Below are positions 34,692-43,350 of a stretch of 64,000 nucleotides of DNA, piece by piece (position 1 is the first letter of the stretch; each line of letters starts with the position of its first letter). Made by a program: the position numbers and the translations under genes. The notes under the pieces are model-generated. The model ran no database searches. It was not told where the DNA came from and was given only the letters and a program-made list of their open reading frames with translations. Source of the DNA: an uncultured Atopobiaceae bacterium (GTDB lineage Bacteria > Actinomycetota > Coriobacteriia > Coriobacteriales > Atopobiaceae); contig CALUJM010000009.1 of the NCBI GenBank assembly GCA_944320975.1, positions 18,484 to 82,483 on the forward strand. Direction: 5' to 3'.

Positions 34692-36352
34692 GACAGGTAT
34701 GCCCCCTTATCTGCGCTCGTGACCAGCTTTGCGTAGCGGGAGAGGACTCCCGTGGTGTACTTGGGTGCGGGCGGCTCCCACTGGGCGCGCCGCGCGGCGA
34801 GCTCGTCGGCGCTCACGCGCAGCTCGAGCGTGCCCGCCTGGATGTCGATGTCGATGACGTCGCCCTCGCGCACGAGCGCGATCGGGCCGCCGGCGGCCGC
34901 CTCGGGGGAGACGTGGCCGATGCACGGGCCCTTGGAGGCGCCGGAGAAGCGCCCGTCGGTGATGAGGGCCACGGAGCTCGCGAGCCCCATGCCGCAGATG
35001 GCCGAGGTCGGCGTGAGCATCTCGCGCATGCCGGGGCCGCCCGCCGGGCCCTCGTAGCGGATGACGACGACGTCGCCCGGGCTGATCTCGCCGCCGAAGA
35101 TGGCCTTGCAGGCCGCCTCCTCGGAGTCGAAGACGCGCGCGGGGCCGGAGTGGCGCCACATGCCCGGGTCGACGGCGCTCTTCTTGACGACGCCGCAGTC
35201 CGGCGCGAGGCTGCCGCGCATGACCTTGAGGCCGCCGTCGGGGGAGTAGGCGTTGTCGACGGAGCGGACGACCTCGCCGTCCACGGGCGGGCAGGCGTCG
35301 ACCCACTCGGCCATGGTGCCGTGGCAGGTGAGGGCGGTAAGGTCGAGGTGCCCGGTGCGGCCGAGCTCGCCGATGATGGCGGAGACGCCGCCGACATCGT
35401 TGAGATCCTGGATGTGCAGCGGGCCCGCGGGGGCGATGCGCACGATGTTGGGGGTCTCGGCGCTCGCGCGGTCCCAGTCGTCCATCGTGACGGGGCAGCC
35501 GGCGGCCTGCGCGATTGCGGTGAGGTGGAGCATGGTGTTGGTGGAGCCGCCGAAGGCCATGTCGAGCACAATGCCGTTGTGGATGGCCGCCGAGGTGAGG
35601 ATCTGGCGCGCGGTGAGGTTCTTCTCGACCAGCTCCATGACCTTCATGCCGGCCTGCTTGGCGAGGCGGATGCGCTCGGAGTAGACGGCCGGCACGGTGC
35701 CGTTGCCGGGAAGGGCGATGCCCAGGGCCTCGGCGAGGCAGCAGATGGAGTTGGCGGTGAACATGCCCGAGCAGCTGCCGCAGGTGGGGCAGGCCGTCCC
35801 CTCGAGCCAGTGGCACTCCTCCTCGGTCATGGTGCCGGCGGTGACCTGGCCCACGGCGTCGAAGAGGGAGTTGAGGTCGGTCTGGGAGCCGTCGCGTCCG
35901 CGGCCGGCGAGCATGGGGCCGCCGGAGACGAGGACGGTCGGGATGTCCAGGCGAGCCGCGGCGATGAGCATGCCGGGGACAATCTTGTCGCAGGAGGGGA
36001 TGAGGACCATCGCGTCGAACTGGTGGCCCTGGACCGCGCACTCCACGGAGTCCGCGATGACCTCGCGGCTCGTGAGGCTGTAGTGCATGCCCTCGTGGTT
36101 CATGGCGATGCCGTCGCACACGCCGATGGTGTTGACCTGCAGCGGGGTGCCGCCGGCCATACGGACGCCGGCTTTGACGGCGTCGGCGATCTGCTGGAGG
36201 TGGAGGTGCCCGGGGATGACCTCGTTCTGGGCGGAGATGACGGCCACGAGCGGGCGGTCGAGCTCCTCGTCGGTGAGGCCGTCGGCCTTGAGGAGGCTCC
36301 GGTGCGGCGCGCGCGCCAGGCCTCGCTTGATCATGTCGCTTCTCAGCTGCAT
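34688..36352 (-). CDS. ilvD: Dihydroxy-acid dehydratase
   Basis: 554 aa with the IlvD/Edd signatures [11 protein letters not shown] and [10 protein letters not shown]-like ([14 protein letters not shown]). Confidence 0.95.
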   Translation of the reverse strand: MQLRSDMIKRGLARAPHRSLLKADGLTDEELDRPLVAVISAQNEVIPGHLHLQQIADAVKAGVRMAGGTPLQVNTIGVCDGIAMNHEGMHYSLTSREVIADSVECAVQGHQFDAMVLIPSCDKIVPGMLIAAARLDIPTVLVSGGPMLAGRGRDGSQTDLNSLFDAVGQVTAGTMTEEECHWLEGTACPTCGSCSGMFTANSICCLAEALGIALPGNGTVPAVYSERIRLAKQAGMKVMELVEKNLTARQILTSAAIHNGIVLDMAFGGSTNTMLHLTAIAQAAGCPVTMDDWDRASAETPNIVRIAPAGPLHIQDLNDVGGVSAIIGELGRTGHLDLTALTCHGTMAEWVDACPPVDGEVVRSVDNAYSPDGGLKVMRGSLAPDCGVVKKSAVDPGMWRHSGPARVFDSEEAACKAIFGGEISPGDVVVIRYEGPAGGPGMREMLTPTSAICGMGLASSVALITDGRFSGASKGPCIGHVSPEAAAGGPIALVREGDVIDIDIQAGTLELRVSADELAARRAQWEPPAPKYTTGVLSRYAKLVTSADKGAYLS

Positions 36353-36600
36353 GCTGTCCTCGCTTTCTCTTGTCAGGTGCGAGAAATGCGAGGTGCAGCC
36401 TCGAAGCCGTCACGGTGGCCGCCGGCACGCGGTACTTCTCGGCGCGTCGGCGGGGTTGTCCCGGCGGCCGCGCGGAGGTTCTCGCGAGCTGCTCGAGGGA
36501 GTCTTCGGAGCCGTCCGGCGCGGGTTCTCACGCTGCCCGCTCGCTGTGGGACGGATGCGGCCCGTACTGGCCCTGTCATCGCATTTGCTCGTGGCTCGTT
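36353..36600 (-). promoter_or_regulatory. Candidate T-box-like leader of the ilvD-ilvB-ilvN-ilvC operon
   Basis: On the minus strand, a Stem-I-like module spans 36490-36583. It reads TGCGATGA(7 nt)AGTA...CCGTCC-cacAGCGA-GCGGG-cagcGTGAGAA-CCCGC-gcc-GGACGG...GAAGACTCCCTCGAGCA (K-turn halves, AGTA box, AGVGA bulge, distal loop, specifier-like loop). An AGTACCGCG match to part of the T-box sequence lies at 36428-36. The UGGN bulge is not evident. Confidence 0.4.
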
Positions 36601-36660
36601 ACTCTACGCGCGCCGTGTTTCCGGGGCGTAATCGCCCGCGAACGGCAACGTTTCGCCTCC

Positions 36661-36786
36661 GAGCGGTGAGACGGTGGGGACCCAAGTGACCCAAATGGGG
36701 ACAGGATACTTTTGGGACATCTGCTCGGATGTCCCAAAAGTATCCTGTCCCCATTTGGGTCACTTGGGTCACACTGTCTCACCGCT
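36661..36786. repeat. Long palindromic element (family C, left flank of the Y1 transposase)
   Basis: Outer stem GAGCGGTGAGAC / GTCTCACCGCTC. Inner arms are GACCCAAGTGACCCAAATGGGGACAGGATACTTTTGGGACATC and its complement, around loop TGCTCG. Confidence 0.9.
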
Positions 36787-36847
36787 CGACGTGTACGCCC
36801 TTCCCTCTTTTGGGTATCAGGAAAGGACCGGGGGGAGAGGAGGCGGC

Positions 36848-37588
36848 ATGCGTACGGCGCGGGCGATTTCTAAAAGCGGGTACTATCACGTCATCCTGCG
36901 GGGCGACGGCAAGCGGCAAATCTTCGAGGATGACTTCGACAGGAGGGCGTTTCTCGGCCTCGTGGAGAGCTGCCTCGTCGCTCGCGGGGTCGACGTTGTC
37001 GCCTGGTGCCTCATGAGCAACCACGTGCATCTTGTGGTCTGCGACACTGAGGAGAACCTGAGCGAGGCCGTCGGCTCGCTCGCCATGCGCTACGCGCGGC
37101 GCTTCAACGCGCGGACCGGTCACGTCGGGCACGTATTTCAAGAGCGGTTCAAAAGCTCTCCCATCGAGAGCGACGCATATCTTCTCGAGGCTGTCCGCTA
37201 TGTTCACAACAACCCTGAGAAGAGCGGCATCTGCCGTGCCGAGGAGTACCCCTGGAGCAGCTACTCGGAATATGTCGCGGGTCCAAAGATCTGTGATACG
37301 GAAGTCATTCTTGACATGCTTGGCGGGGTGGAAGGCTTCAAGGAGTTCTGCTCCGCTGCGCCCTCGACTATCTATAGGTTCACGGGTCATGTGAGGATTC
37401 CCGACGACGAGATGGGGGAAGTGGCGAGGTCTGCGCTCGGAGACGTCTCCGTTTACGACGTGAGGGCGCTCCCGGCGGGCGAGAGAAACGAGAAGCTTCG
37501 CGCTCTTCGCGAATGCGGGCTCTCTGTCCGTCAAATTGAGCGGCTTACGGGGATTGGGGCCAAGACCATCACGCGAGCGACAACGTGA
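36848..37588 (+). CDS. IS200-like Y1 (HUH) tyrosine transposase, REP-associated (RAYT-like), with C-terminal HTH-like tail
   Basis: HUH motif in CLMSNHVHLVVC. Catalytic Tyr motif in AVRYVHNNPEKSG. N-terminus YYHVILRGDGKRQIFEDD. ATG 36848 follows GAGAGGAGG. The stop TGA lies inside the right hairpin. Confidence 0.85.
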   Translation: MRTARAISKSGYYHVILRGDGKRQIFEDDFDRRAFLGLVESCLVARGVDVVAWCLMSNHVHLVVCDTEENLSEAVGSLAMRYARRFNARTGHVGHVFQERFKSSPIESDAYLLEAVRYVHNNPEKSGICRAEEYPWSSYSEYVAGPKICDTEVILDMLGGVEGFKEFCSAAPSTIYRFTGHVRIPDDEMGEVARSALGDVSVYDVRALPAGERNEKLRALRECGLSVRQIERLTGIGAKTITRATT

Positions 37589-37691
37589 CCCAAATGACCC
37601 AAATGGGGACAGGATACTTTTGGGACATCCGAGCAGATGTCCCAAAAGTATCCTGTCCCCATTTGGGTCCCCATTTGGGTCATTTGGGTCA
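37585..37691. repeat. Long palindromic element (family C, right flank of the Y1 transposase)
   Basis: TGACCCAAATGACCCAAATGGGGACAGGATACTTTTGGGACATC, loop CGAGCA, then the complement with one extra CCCCATTTGGGT unit. Confidence 0.9.
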
Positions 37692-37703
37692 GTCCTCACT
37701 GTC

Positions 37704-38924
37704 TCACAGGGAGGTCTGGACGAGGGTGGGGGAGAAGCCCGCGGCCTCGAGGGCGCCCACGATCTGCGCCTTGTGGTCGCTTCCGAAGGCCTCGATCGTC
37801 ACGCGCAGCTCCACGGCGGCGTTGCGGTTGGTCGAGACGAACTGGTTGTGCTCGAGCTTGATGACGTTGCCGTTCTGCTCCGCGACGGCCTGCGCGACGC
37901 GCACGAGCATGCCGGGGCGGTCGGGCAGCAGCACGCTCACGGTGAAGATACGGTCGCGCATGATCAGCCCGTGCTGCACCACGGAGCTCATCGTGATGAC
38001 GTCCATGTTGCCGCCTGAGAGGATCGAGACCACGCGCTTGTTCTCGGCGGGCAGGTGCTTGAGCGCCGCCACGGTGAGCAGGCCCGAGTTCTCGACAATC
38101 ATCTTGTGGTTCTCGACCATGTCGAGAAACGCAACCACGAGCTCGTCGTCCGGCACGGTCATGACGTCGTCGAGGTTGTCGCGCAGGTACGGGAAGACCC
38201 GGTCGCCCACCTCGAGCACCGCGGTGCCGTCGGCGATGGTGTTGGCGCTCGGCAGCTTCACGGGGGAGCCCGCCTCAAGCGCGGCGGTAAGCGAGGGCGC
38301 GCCCGCCGGCTCAACGCCGATGACTCGGATTTTGGGGTTGTAGAGCTTGGCGAAGGTGGCGACGCCGCACGCGAGGCCGCCGCCGCCCACCGGGACCAGG
38401 ATCGTGTCGACGAGCGGCAGCTCCTGCACGACCTCCATCGCGATCGTCCCCTGGCCCGTGGCGACCGTCGGGTCGTTGAAGGGGTGGATGAAGGTGTACC
38501 CCTCGCGCTCGGCGAGCTCGAGGGCATGGTCGCACGCCTCGTCGTAGACGTCGCCGTGCAGCACGACCTCGGCGCCGTAGTGCTTGGTCCTCTCGACCTT
38601 GATGAGCGGCGTCGTCTCGGGCATGACCACGACCGAGCGCGCGCCGGCGCGGGTGGCGGCAAAGGCGACGCCCTGGGCGTGGTTGCCCGCGCTCGCGGTG
38701 ATGATGCCGCGCCCGAGCTCCTCGGGGGAGAGGGTCGAGATCTTGTAGTAGGCGCCGCGCACCTTGTAGGCCCCGGTGCGCTGGAGGTTCTCGGGCTTGA
38801 GCCAGACGCGGTTCCCCGTCTGGGCCGAGAAGTGCGGGCTCTCCACGAGCTTGGTCTCGAGCGTGACCTCGCGGACCTTCTCGGAGGCCTCCTCAAACGC
38901 CTCGAGCGTGAGCATCTCTGCCAT
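37704..38924 (-). CDS. ilvA: Threonine ammonia-lyase (threonine dehydratase) with C-terminal ACT-like domain
   Basis: PLP-site sequence (ENLQRTGAYKVRGAYYK, ASAGNHAQGVA, GGGGL). ATG 38924 follows GAGGGGGA. The track ORF extends spuriously to 40052 across a tRNA gene. Confidence 0.9.
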   Translation of the reverse strand: MAEMLTLEAFEEASEKVREVTLETKLVESPHFSAQTGNRVWLKPENLQRTGAYKVRGAYYKISTLSPEELGRGIITASAGNHAQGVAFAATRAGARSVVVMPETTPLIKVERTKHYGAEVVLHGDVYDEACDHALELAEREGYTFIHPFNDPTVATGQGTIAMEVVQELPLVDTILVPVGGGGLACGVATFAKLYNPKIRVIGVEPAGAPSLTAALEAGSPVKLPSANTIADGTAVLEVGDRVFPYLRDNLDDVMTVPDDELVVAFLDMVENHKMIVENSGLLTVAALKHLPAENKRVVSILSGGNMDVITMSSVVQHGLIMRDRIFTVSVLLPDRPGMLVRVAQAVAEQNGNVIKLEHNQFVSTNRNAAVELRVTIEAFGSDHKAQIVGALEAAGFSPTLVQTSL

Positions 38925-39038
38925 GACATCCCCCTCATAAAGTAGACGGCGCGTTACGGCCCCGTCACCGGTTTTTCGTTTGCCTATAGTAGACCTGCCG
39001 GGGCGGGGGCGCCGCGGCGCGAGGCGAAGGGGCATCAA

Positions 39039-39872
39039 ATGGAAACCATCGAGAAGAACCGCGCGGCCGGCGCCGCACAGGGGACTCCGCTCTTCCAGAT
39101 TCACGACGCGAGCGTGGTTCGCGGAGGCAAGACCATCCTCCACGTCGCGGACTTCTCGCTTGCCGAGGGCGAGCACGTCGCCCTTCTCGGCCCCAACGGG
39201 GCGGGAAAGTCCACCTTCATCCAGCTCCTCACCCGAGAGGTCTTCCCCCTGTGGCGCGAGGAGCCGCCGGTGCTCTTCCGCGGCCAGGCCCGGCCCCAGC
39301 TCGCCGACATCAAGCGGACCCTCGGAATCGTGAGCTCGACGATGCACGACCAGGTGCGCGTCCACCTGCCGGTCATCGACATCGTGGTGGGCGGCATCTT
39401 TGGCACGCTCGGCGTGCCGCTGCGCGGAAAGGTGGGCGAGAAGGACCGCGCGCTCGCGTTGGACGCCCTTGGCCGCCTCGGCATCGCCGAGCTCGCCGAC
39501 CGCGACGTCATGACGCTCTCCACGGGCCAGGTGCGCCGCGTGCTCGTCGCGCGCGAGCTCGTGCGCGACCCCCAGGTCCTCATCTTCGACGAGCCCTGCA
39601 CCGGGCTCGACCCCCAGGGCATGTACCACGTCCGCCAGACCATGGGCACGCTCGCCGCCGAGGGGCGCTCGGTGGTGCTCGTGACGCACTACCCCGAGGA
39701 CATCATCCCGGAGATCCGCCGCGTCCTTCTCATCAAGGACGCCGAGGTCTTCGCTGACGGTCCCAAGGAGGATCTGCTCACCGGGGAGGTCATGAGCGGG
39801 CTCTTTGACGTCCCGCTCGTGGTGGGGGAGGCCGACGGGTGGTACTCCCTGCGCGGCACGTACGAGGCGTGA
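39039..39872 (+). CDS. ABC transporter ATP-binding protein (orphan ATPase, ModF-like)
   Basis: Walker A GPNGAGKST, signature LSTGQVRR, Walker B VLIFDEP. There is no adjacent permease gene. Confidence 0.8.
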   Translation: METIEKNRAAGAAQGTPLFQIHDASVVRGGKTILHVADFSLAEGEHVALLGPNGAGKSTFIQLLTREVFPLWREEPPVLFRGQARPQLADIKRTLGIVSSTMHDQVRVHLPVIDIVVGGIFGTLGVPLRGKVGEKDRALALDALGRLGIAELADRDVMTLSTGQVRRVLVARELVRDPQVLIFDEPCTGLDPQGMYHVRQTMGTLAAEGRSVVLVTHYPEDIIPEIRRVLLIKDAEVFADGPKEDLLTGEVMSGLFDVPLVVGEADGWYSLRGTYEA

Positions 39873-39927
39873 GTCCGAAGTCATGAGAAAAGCCGCCGGG
39901 CACGGGTCCCGACGGCTTGAACGATCA

Positions 39928-40003
39928 TGGTGGAGACGAGGGGATTCGAACCCCCGGCCTCTGCCTTGCGAAGGCAGCGCTCTCCCAGCTGAGCTACGTC
40001 CCC
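39928..40003 (-). tRNA. tRNA-Ala (anticodon CGC), CCA encoded
   Basis: The reverse complement is GGGGACGTAGCTCAGCTGGGAGAGCGCTGCCTTCGCAAGGCAGAGGCCGGGGGTTCGAATCCCCTCGTCTCCACCA. It has the G3:U70 identity pair and anticodon loop TTCGCAA. Confidence 0.95.
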
Positions 40004-40232
40004 AGGCGCATCGCGCGTTGAGTATTCTGACGGTTTGCCCCGCGGCTGTCAACCAGAATCTTGCACTGCGGGCACTTCGGGCGGCCCCTGCCGACGCCTG
40101 CGGTCCTCACGTCCAGGGCGGCGATGTTCCCAGACTCCGCATCTGCCTCCCGCCACCCGCCACCCATAACCGAGCTTGTGAGTAAACGGCGCGCCTGCGC
40201 ATCGGGACGTCCTTCCCGCGAGGGCAAAGTCG

Positions 40233-40408
40233 AGATTGTGTGCAAACAATTTGATGTAGATTCTGGACCGGGTCGCCTCCGCCTCGTTTTGGGGCGGGAA
40301 AATGCGGACAAAATGTCGAGAAGAACCTGTTGTGTGCAACAAGATTGATGGAAAGGTGGCCAGGCGGGCGGAGGCGAAGGCGGCTATATCAAAGATTTTG
40401 CACACAAC
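40233..40408. repeat. Family G block G2: three TGTGTGCAA boxes, including an 11-nt inverted repeat GTTGTGTGCAA (40329-39) / TTGCACACAAC (40398-408)
   Basis: The boxes lie at 40233-46, 40329-40 (forward) and 40398-408 (reverse). It shares (C/T)ATCAAAG(T/A)T(G/T)TTGCACACAA with G1. It sits inside an 833-bp gene-free region. Confidence 0.8.
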
Positions 40409-40836
40409 TGCGAATCGCAATCGCGCATCGCGGCCCCGCGGTGCGCCGGCGCGAGAAGAACCGGCGGCACAAAGACGCCCCCTGCGGCGAATAATGAACC
40501 CACCTCTCATAAGGTGGGCGTCCCCATCGCGCGTTCCGGCTTCCTCATCAACGGAGGATACCCGTACTGAACACGAGATATCGGACTCCCTCGTAACGCT
40601 TGTCGGTTCACCCAGTTTGACCGCAGGGGGACGACATCACCTACTATAGGGAAGCCGTATGGAGATACCAGTCTTGACTTACGGCCCCTTCTCGGCAAAA
40701 GTGATTCTGTACGTGCGCTTTTTCGCGCTCGCAAGCTCTCGTCCAGCCTCTTTTTCCCCGCCTTCGACCCTCCGGGGGGCCGTTTCGGCTATCATGGCAG
40801 GGCAGCAGGGGCCGGACCGAGCGACGAGGAGGCGAG

Positions 40837-42021
40837 TTGGTACCAAATCTTATTCCGTACCTGTGCCTCTTCTCCGCGGCGCTCGCAGTGAGCCTCCTGG
40901 CGACCCCGCTCGCCCGAAAGATCGCGATCTGGTGCGGAGCGGTCGACTACCCCAACTCCCGGAGGATCAACAAGAAGCCCATTCCCCGCATGGGCGGCAT
41001 AGCCATCTTCCTCGGGATCGTCGCCGCCTTCGTCGTCCAGTACGTCGGCACCATGAACTTCGGGTGGCCGGTCGTCCTCGTGCCGTCCCCCAAGCTCGAC
41101 GTCAACTACGCCATGCTCGTCCTCGCGTTTCTCGTCATCTTCGCCACGGGCCTGCTCGACGACCGCTTCTCGCTCAGCCCGCGCCAGAAGCTCGCGGGCC
41201 AGATCGCCGCCGCCGTCATCGCCGTCGCGGGGGGCCTGGTCATCGGCGACATCTCGAATCCGTTCGAGCCCGGCGGGTTCGTTCACCTCGGTTGGCTGAC
41301 GTACCCGCTCACGGTCGTCTACCTCGTCGCCTACACCAACATCATCAACCTCATCGACGGCCTCGACGGCCTGGCGGCGGGCATCTCCGCGATCGCGAGC
41401 TTCACCATGTTCGTCCTCTCCGTGTGGGCGGGCAGACTCGACGCCGCCGCTCTCTCCATCGCGGTGGCGGGGTCCTCGCTGGGCTTTTTGAGGTACAACT
41501 TCCACCCCGCGTCGATCTTCATGGGGGACTCCGGCGCACTCACGCTCGGCTTCGCCCTCGGCGCGGTGTCGCTGCTCTCGGTGACGCGCTTCGCGGGCCT
41601 CACCACGATCATCGTCCCGCTCGTGATCGCCGCCGTTCCCATCATCGACACGTTCTCCGCCATCGTCCGCCGGATGCGCGGGCACGTGAGCATCAGCCAT
41701 GCCGACCGCGGCCACATCCATCACCGCCTGATCGACGAGGGCTACGACCAGCGCCAGGCGGTGCTGGTCATGTACGCGTGGACCGTGCTGCTCTGCGTTG
41801 GCTCGCTCGTCATGACCCAGGTCGAGACGGTCCCGCGCATCGTCATCTTCTGCCTGCTGCTTGTGGCCTCGATGGCCTTCGCTCGGCACCTGCACCTCTT
41901 CGAGCCCGTCCTTCTCCACCATTACAACCCCAAGACGGGTGCTGACGAGCTCGTCGGCCCGGACGACGAGGCCTTTGAAGAGGAGGCCGAGAAGGTGCAC
42001 CGCCACGGGAAGGGGGCGTAG
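40837..42021 (+). CDS. Glycosyltransferase family 4 polyprenyl-phosphate GlcNAc-1-phosphate transferase (WecA/TagO-like)
   Basis: 394 aa and about 11 TM helices. Motifs: DYPNSRRINKKPIPRMGG, LLDDRFSLSP, NLIDGLDGLAAG, FMGDSG. TTG 40837 follows GAGGAGG. Confidence 0.85.
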   Translation: MVPNLIPYLCLFSAALAVSLLATPLARKIAIWCGAVDYPNSRRINKKPIPRMGGIAIFLGIVAAFVVQYVGTMNFGWPVVLVPSPKLDVNYAMLVLAFLVIFATGLLDDRFSLSPRQKLAGQIAAAVIAVAGGLVIGDISNPFEPGGFVHLGWLTYPLTVVYLVAYTNIINLIDGLDGLAAGISAIASFTMFVLSVWAGRLDAAALSIAVAGSSLGFLRYNFHPASIFMGDSGALTLGFALGAVSLLSVTRFAGLTTIIVPLVIAAVPIIDTFSAIVRRMRGHVSISHADRGHIHHRLIDEGYDQRQAVLVMYAWTVLLCVGSLVMTQVETVPRIVIFCLLLVASMAFARHLHLFEPVLLHHYNPKTGADELVGPDDEAFEEEAEKVHRHGKGA

Positions 42022-42022
42022 C

Positions 42023-42988
42023 GTGGGCGAGAAGGACGTGCTCTCGCCGTCTGCCTACGACGCGTGCTCCCTCTGCCCGCGCCGCTGCGGGGCGCGCCGC
42101 GCCGCCGGCCGCCCGGGTCGCTGCGGTATGACCGCGGAGCTGCGCGTCGCGCGCAGCGCGCTGCACTTCTGGGAGGAGCCGCCCATCTCGGGCGAGACGG
42201 GCTCCGGGGCGATCTTCTTCTCCGGGTGCCCGCTGCGCTGCGTTTTCTGCCAGAACCACGAGATCTCGAGCGGCGGCTTCGGCCTCTCCGTCACGACGGC
42301 GCGCCTCGCCGAGATGATGCTCGAGCTCGAGGCCGCCGGTGCCCTCAACATCAACCTCGTCACGGCGCTGCACTTCGCGCCGCAGGTGCGGGAGGCGGTC
42401 CTTCTCGCCCGCGAGGCGGGGCTTGCCGTCCCCGTCGTGTGCAACACGTCCGGCTACGAGCTCGCAGAGGTCGTCCGCTCCCTCGGCGACGTCGTCGACG
42501 TCTGGCTCACCGACTTCAAGTACGCCGACCCCGCCCTCGCCGGAGAGCTCTCCGGGGCCCCTGACTATCCCGACGTGGCGGCCGCCGCGCTCGAGGAGAT
42601 GGCGGCCTCCGTGCGGCGCGCGGGGGGCCGCGCCGTTGACGACGGCGGCGCCATGCGACGCGGCGTCATCGTGCGCCACCTCGTGCTTCCCGGGCACGTC
42701 GACGACTCCTGCGGCGTGCTCGACCGCGTGTGGGAGCTCGTTGGCAACGATGCGGACCTCTCGCTGATGAACCAGTACACGCCCAACGAGGCATGTCGGC
42801 GCACCGGGGGCGACCTGGCGCGCGGCGTGACCGAGGAGGAGTACGAGCTCGCGCTCTGCCACGCCGACGACCTCGGGTTCGAGCGCATCTGGTGGCAGGA
42901 GGGCGGCACGGTCTCCGAGAGCTTCGTCCCCGCCTTCGACGCCACGGGCGTCGAGGGGCCCGAGCTCGGCGCGTCGGGGCGGCCTTAA
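42023..42988 (+). CDS. Radical SAM protein (PflX/pyruvate formate-lyase activase-related family)
   Basis: A CxxxCxxC-type cluster (FFSGCPLRCVFCQN), preceded by CSLCPRRCGARR...GRCG. GTG 42023. Confidence 0.75.
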   Translation: MGEKDVLSPSAYDACSLCPRRCGARRAAGRPGRCGMTAELRVARSALHFWEEPPISGETGSGAIFFSGCPLRCVFCQNHEISSGGFGLSVTTARLAEMMLELEAAGALNINLVTALHFAPQVREAVLLAREAGLAVPVVCNTSGYELAEVVRSLGDVVDVWLTDFKYADPALAGELSGAPDYPDVAAAALEEMAASVRRAGGRAVDDGGAMRRGVIVRHLVLPGHVDDSCGVLDRVWELVGNDADLSLMNQYTPNEACRRTGGDLARGVTEEEYELALCHADDLGFERIWWQEGGTVSESFVPAFDATGVEGPELGASGRP

Positions 42989-43029
42989 GGGTATACACTG
43001 TTGCCACAACGCCGGACGACGGAGGGCAC

Positions 43030-43341
43030 ATGGCTGAGAGAAACGGTCTCACCGACGAGGAGCGCGCCGAGCTCGAGCAGCTGCGCGCGGAGAAGGCCGC
43101 GCGGGAGCGCGCCGCGCGTGACGCCGCCGAGCGGGCGGAGCTCGAGCACCTGCGCAGGCAGAAGGCCCGCGGCGCCGCGGAGCGCGCCCAGGCCAGGCGC
43201 GACGCCGAGGCCCGCGAGCGCGGCCGCGCCCTCATGGAGCCCGACGAGGACGACCTCAAGATGCCCCTCGGGCAGAAGGTCGTGATTCTCGCCGTGGTCG
43301 GCATCGCCCTGGTCTGGCTCGCCGTCACGGTCCTGGCATAG
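43030..43341 (+). CDS. Small tail-anchored membrane protein with Arg/Glu-rich coiled-coil (unknown function)
   Basis: 103 aa. It has an ERAELEQLRAEKAARERAARDAAERAELEHLRRQKARG repeat-like helix and a C-terminal TM (VVILAVVGIALVWLAVTVLA). GC3 bias is consistent with coding. Confidence 0.5.
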   Translation: MAERNGLTDEERAELEQLRAEKAARERAARDAAERAELEHLRRQKARGAAERAQARRDAEARERGRALMEPDEDDLKMPLGQKVVILAVVGIALVWLAVTVLA

Positions 43342-43350
43342 GAGACTGAC

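Larger units (their letters stand above)
36661..37707 (+). mobile_element. REPtron-like unit: Y1 transposase gene bracketed by two inverted long hairpin elements
   Basis: Contains hairpin 36661-36786, CDS 36848-37588 and hairpin 37585-37691. The hairpin loops TGCTCG and CGAGCA are reverse complements, so the copies are inverted. An 11-nt direct repeat CACTGTCTCAC occurs at 36772-82 and 37697-707. Confidence 0.75.

Noticed and set aside
37704-40052. 782-aa version of the ilvA ORF, and the 859-aa version of metG (9835-12414)
   Set aside because: The N-terminal extensions are low-complexity. In the ilvA case the extension runs through the ABC ATPase gene (antisense) and tRNA-Ala. Internal ATGs with good Shine-Dalgarno sequences coincide with the conserved N-termini of the enzyme families.
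40657-40700. M-box (Mg2+) riboswitch suggested by GTATGGAGATACC
   Set aside because: Only one short segment resembles the M-box consensus. The other conserved blocks (GUUAGGUGAGGCU, GACGCUAA, GGUCAACAG, CUAAAGC) are not found. The downstream gene is not a Mg2+ transporter, and corA at 13.4 kb has no such leader.
40004-40836. Protein-coding genes in the 833-bp region after tRNA-Ala (track ORFs 40049-40510 -, 40302-40649 +, 40659-41945 +), and likewise in 9080-9834
   Set aside because: The ORFs lack ribosome-binding sites, have low-complexity Arg/Pro-rich translations, and overlap the repeat boxes. ORF 40659-41945 is merely an alternative frame of the GT4 transferase gene.
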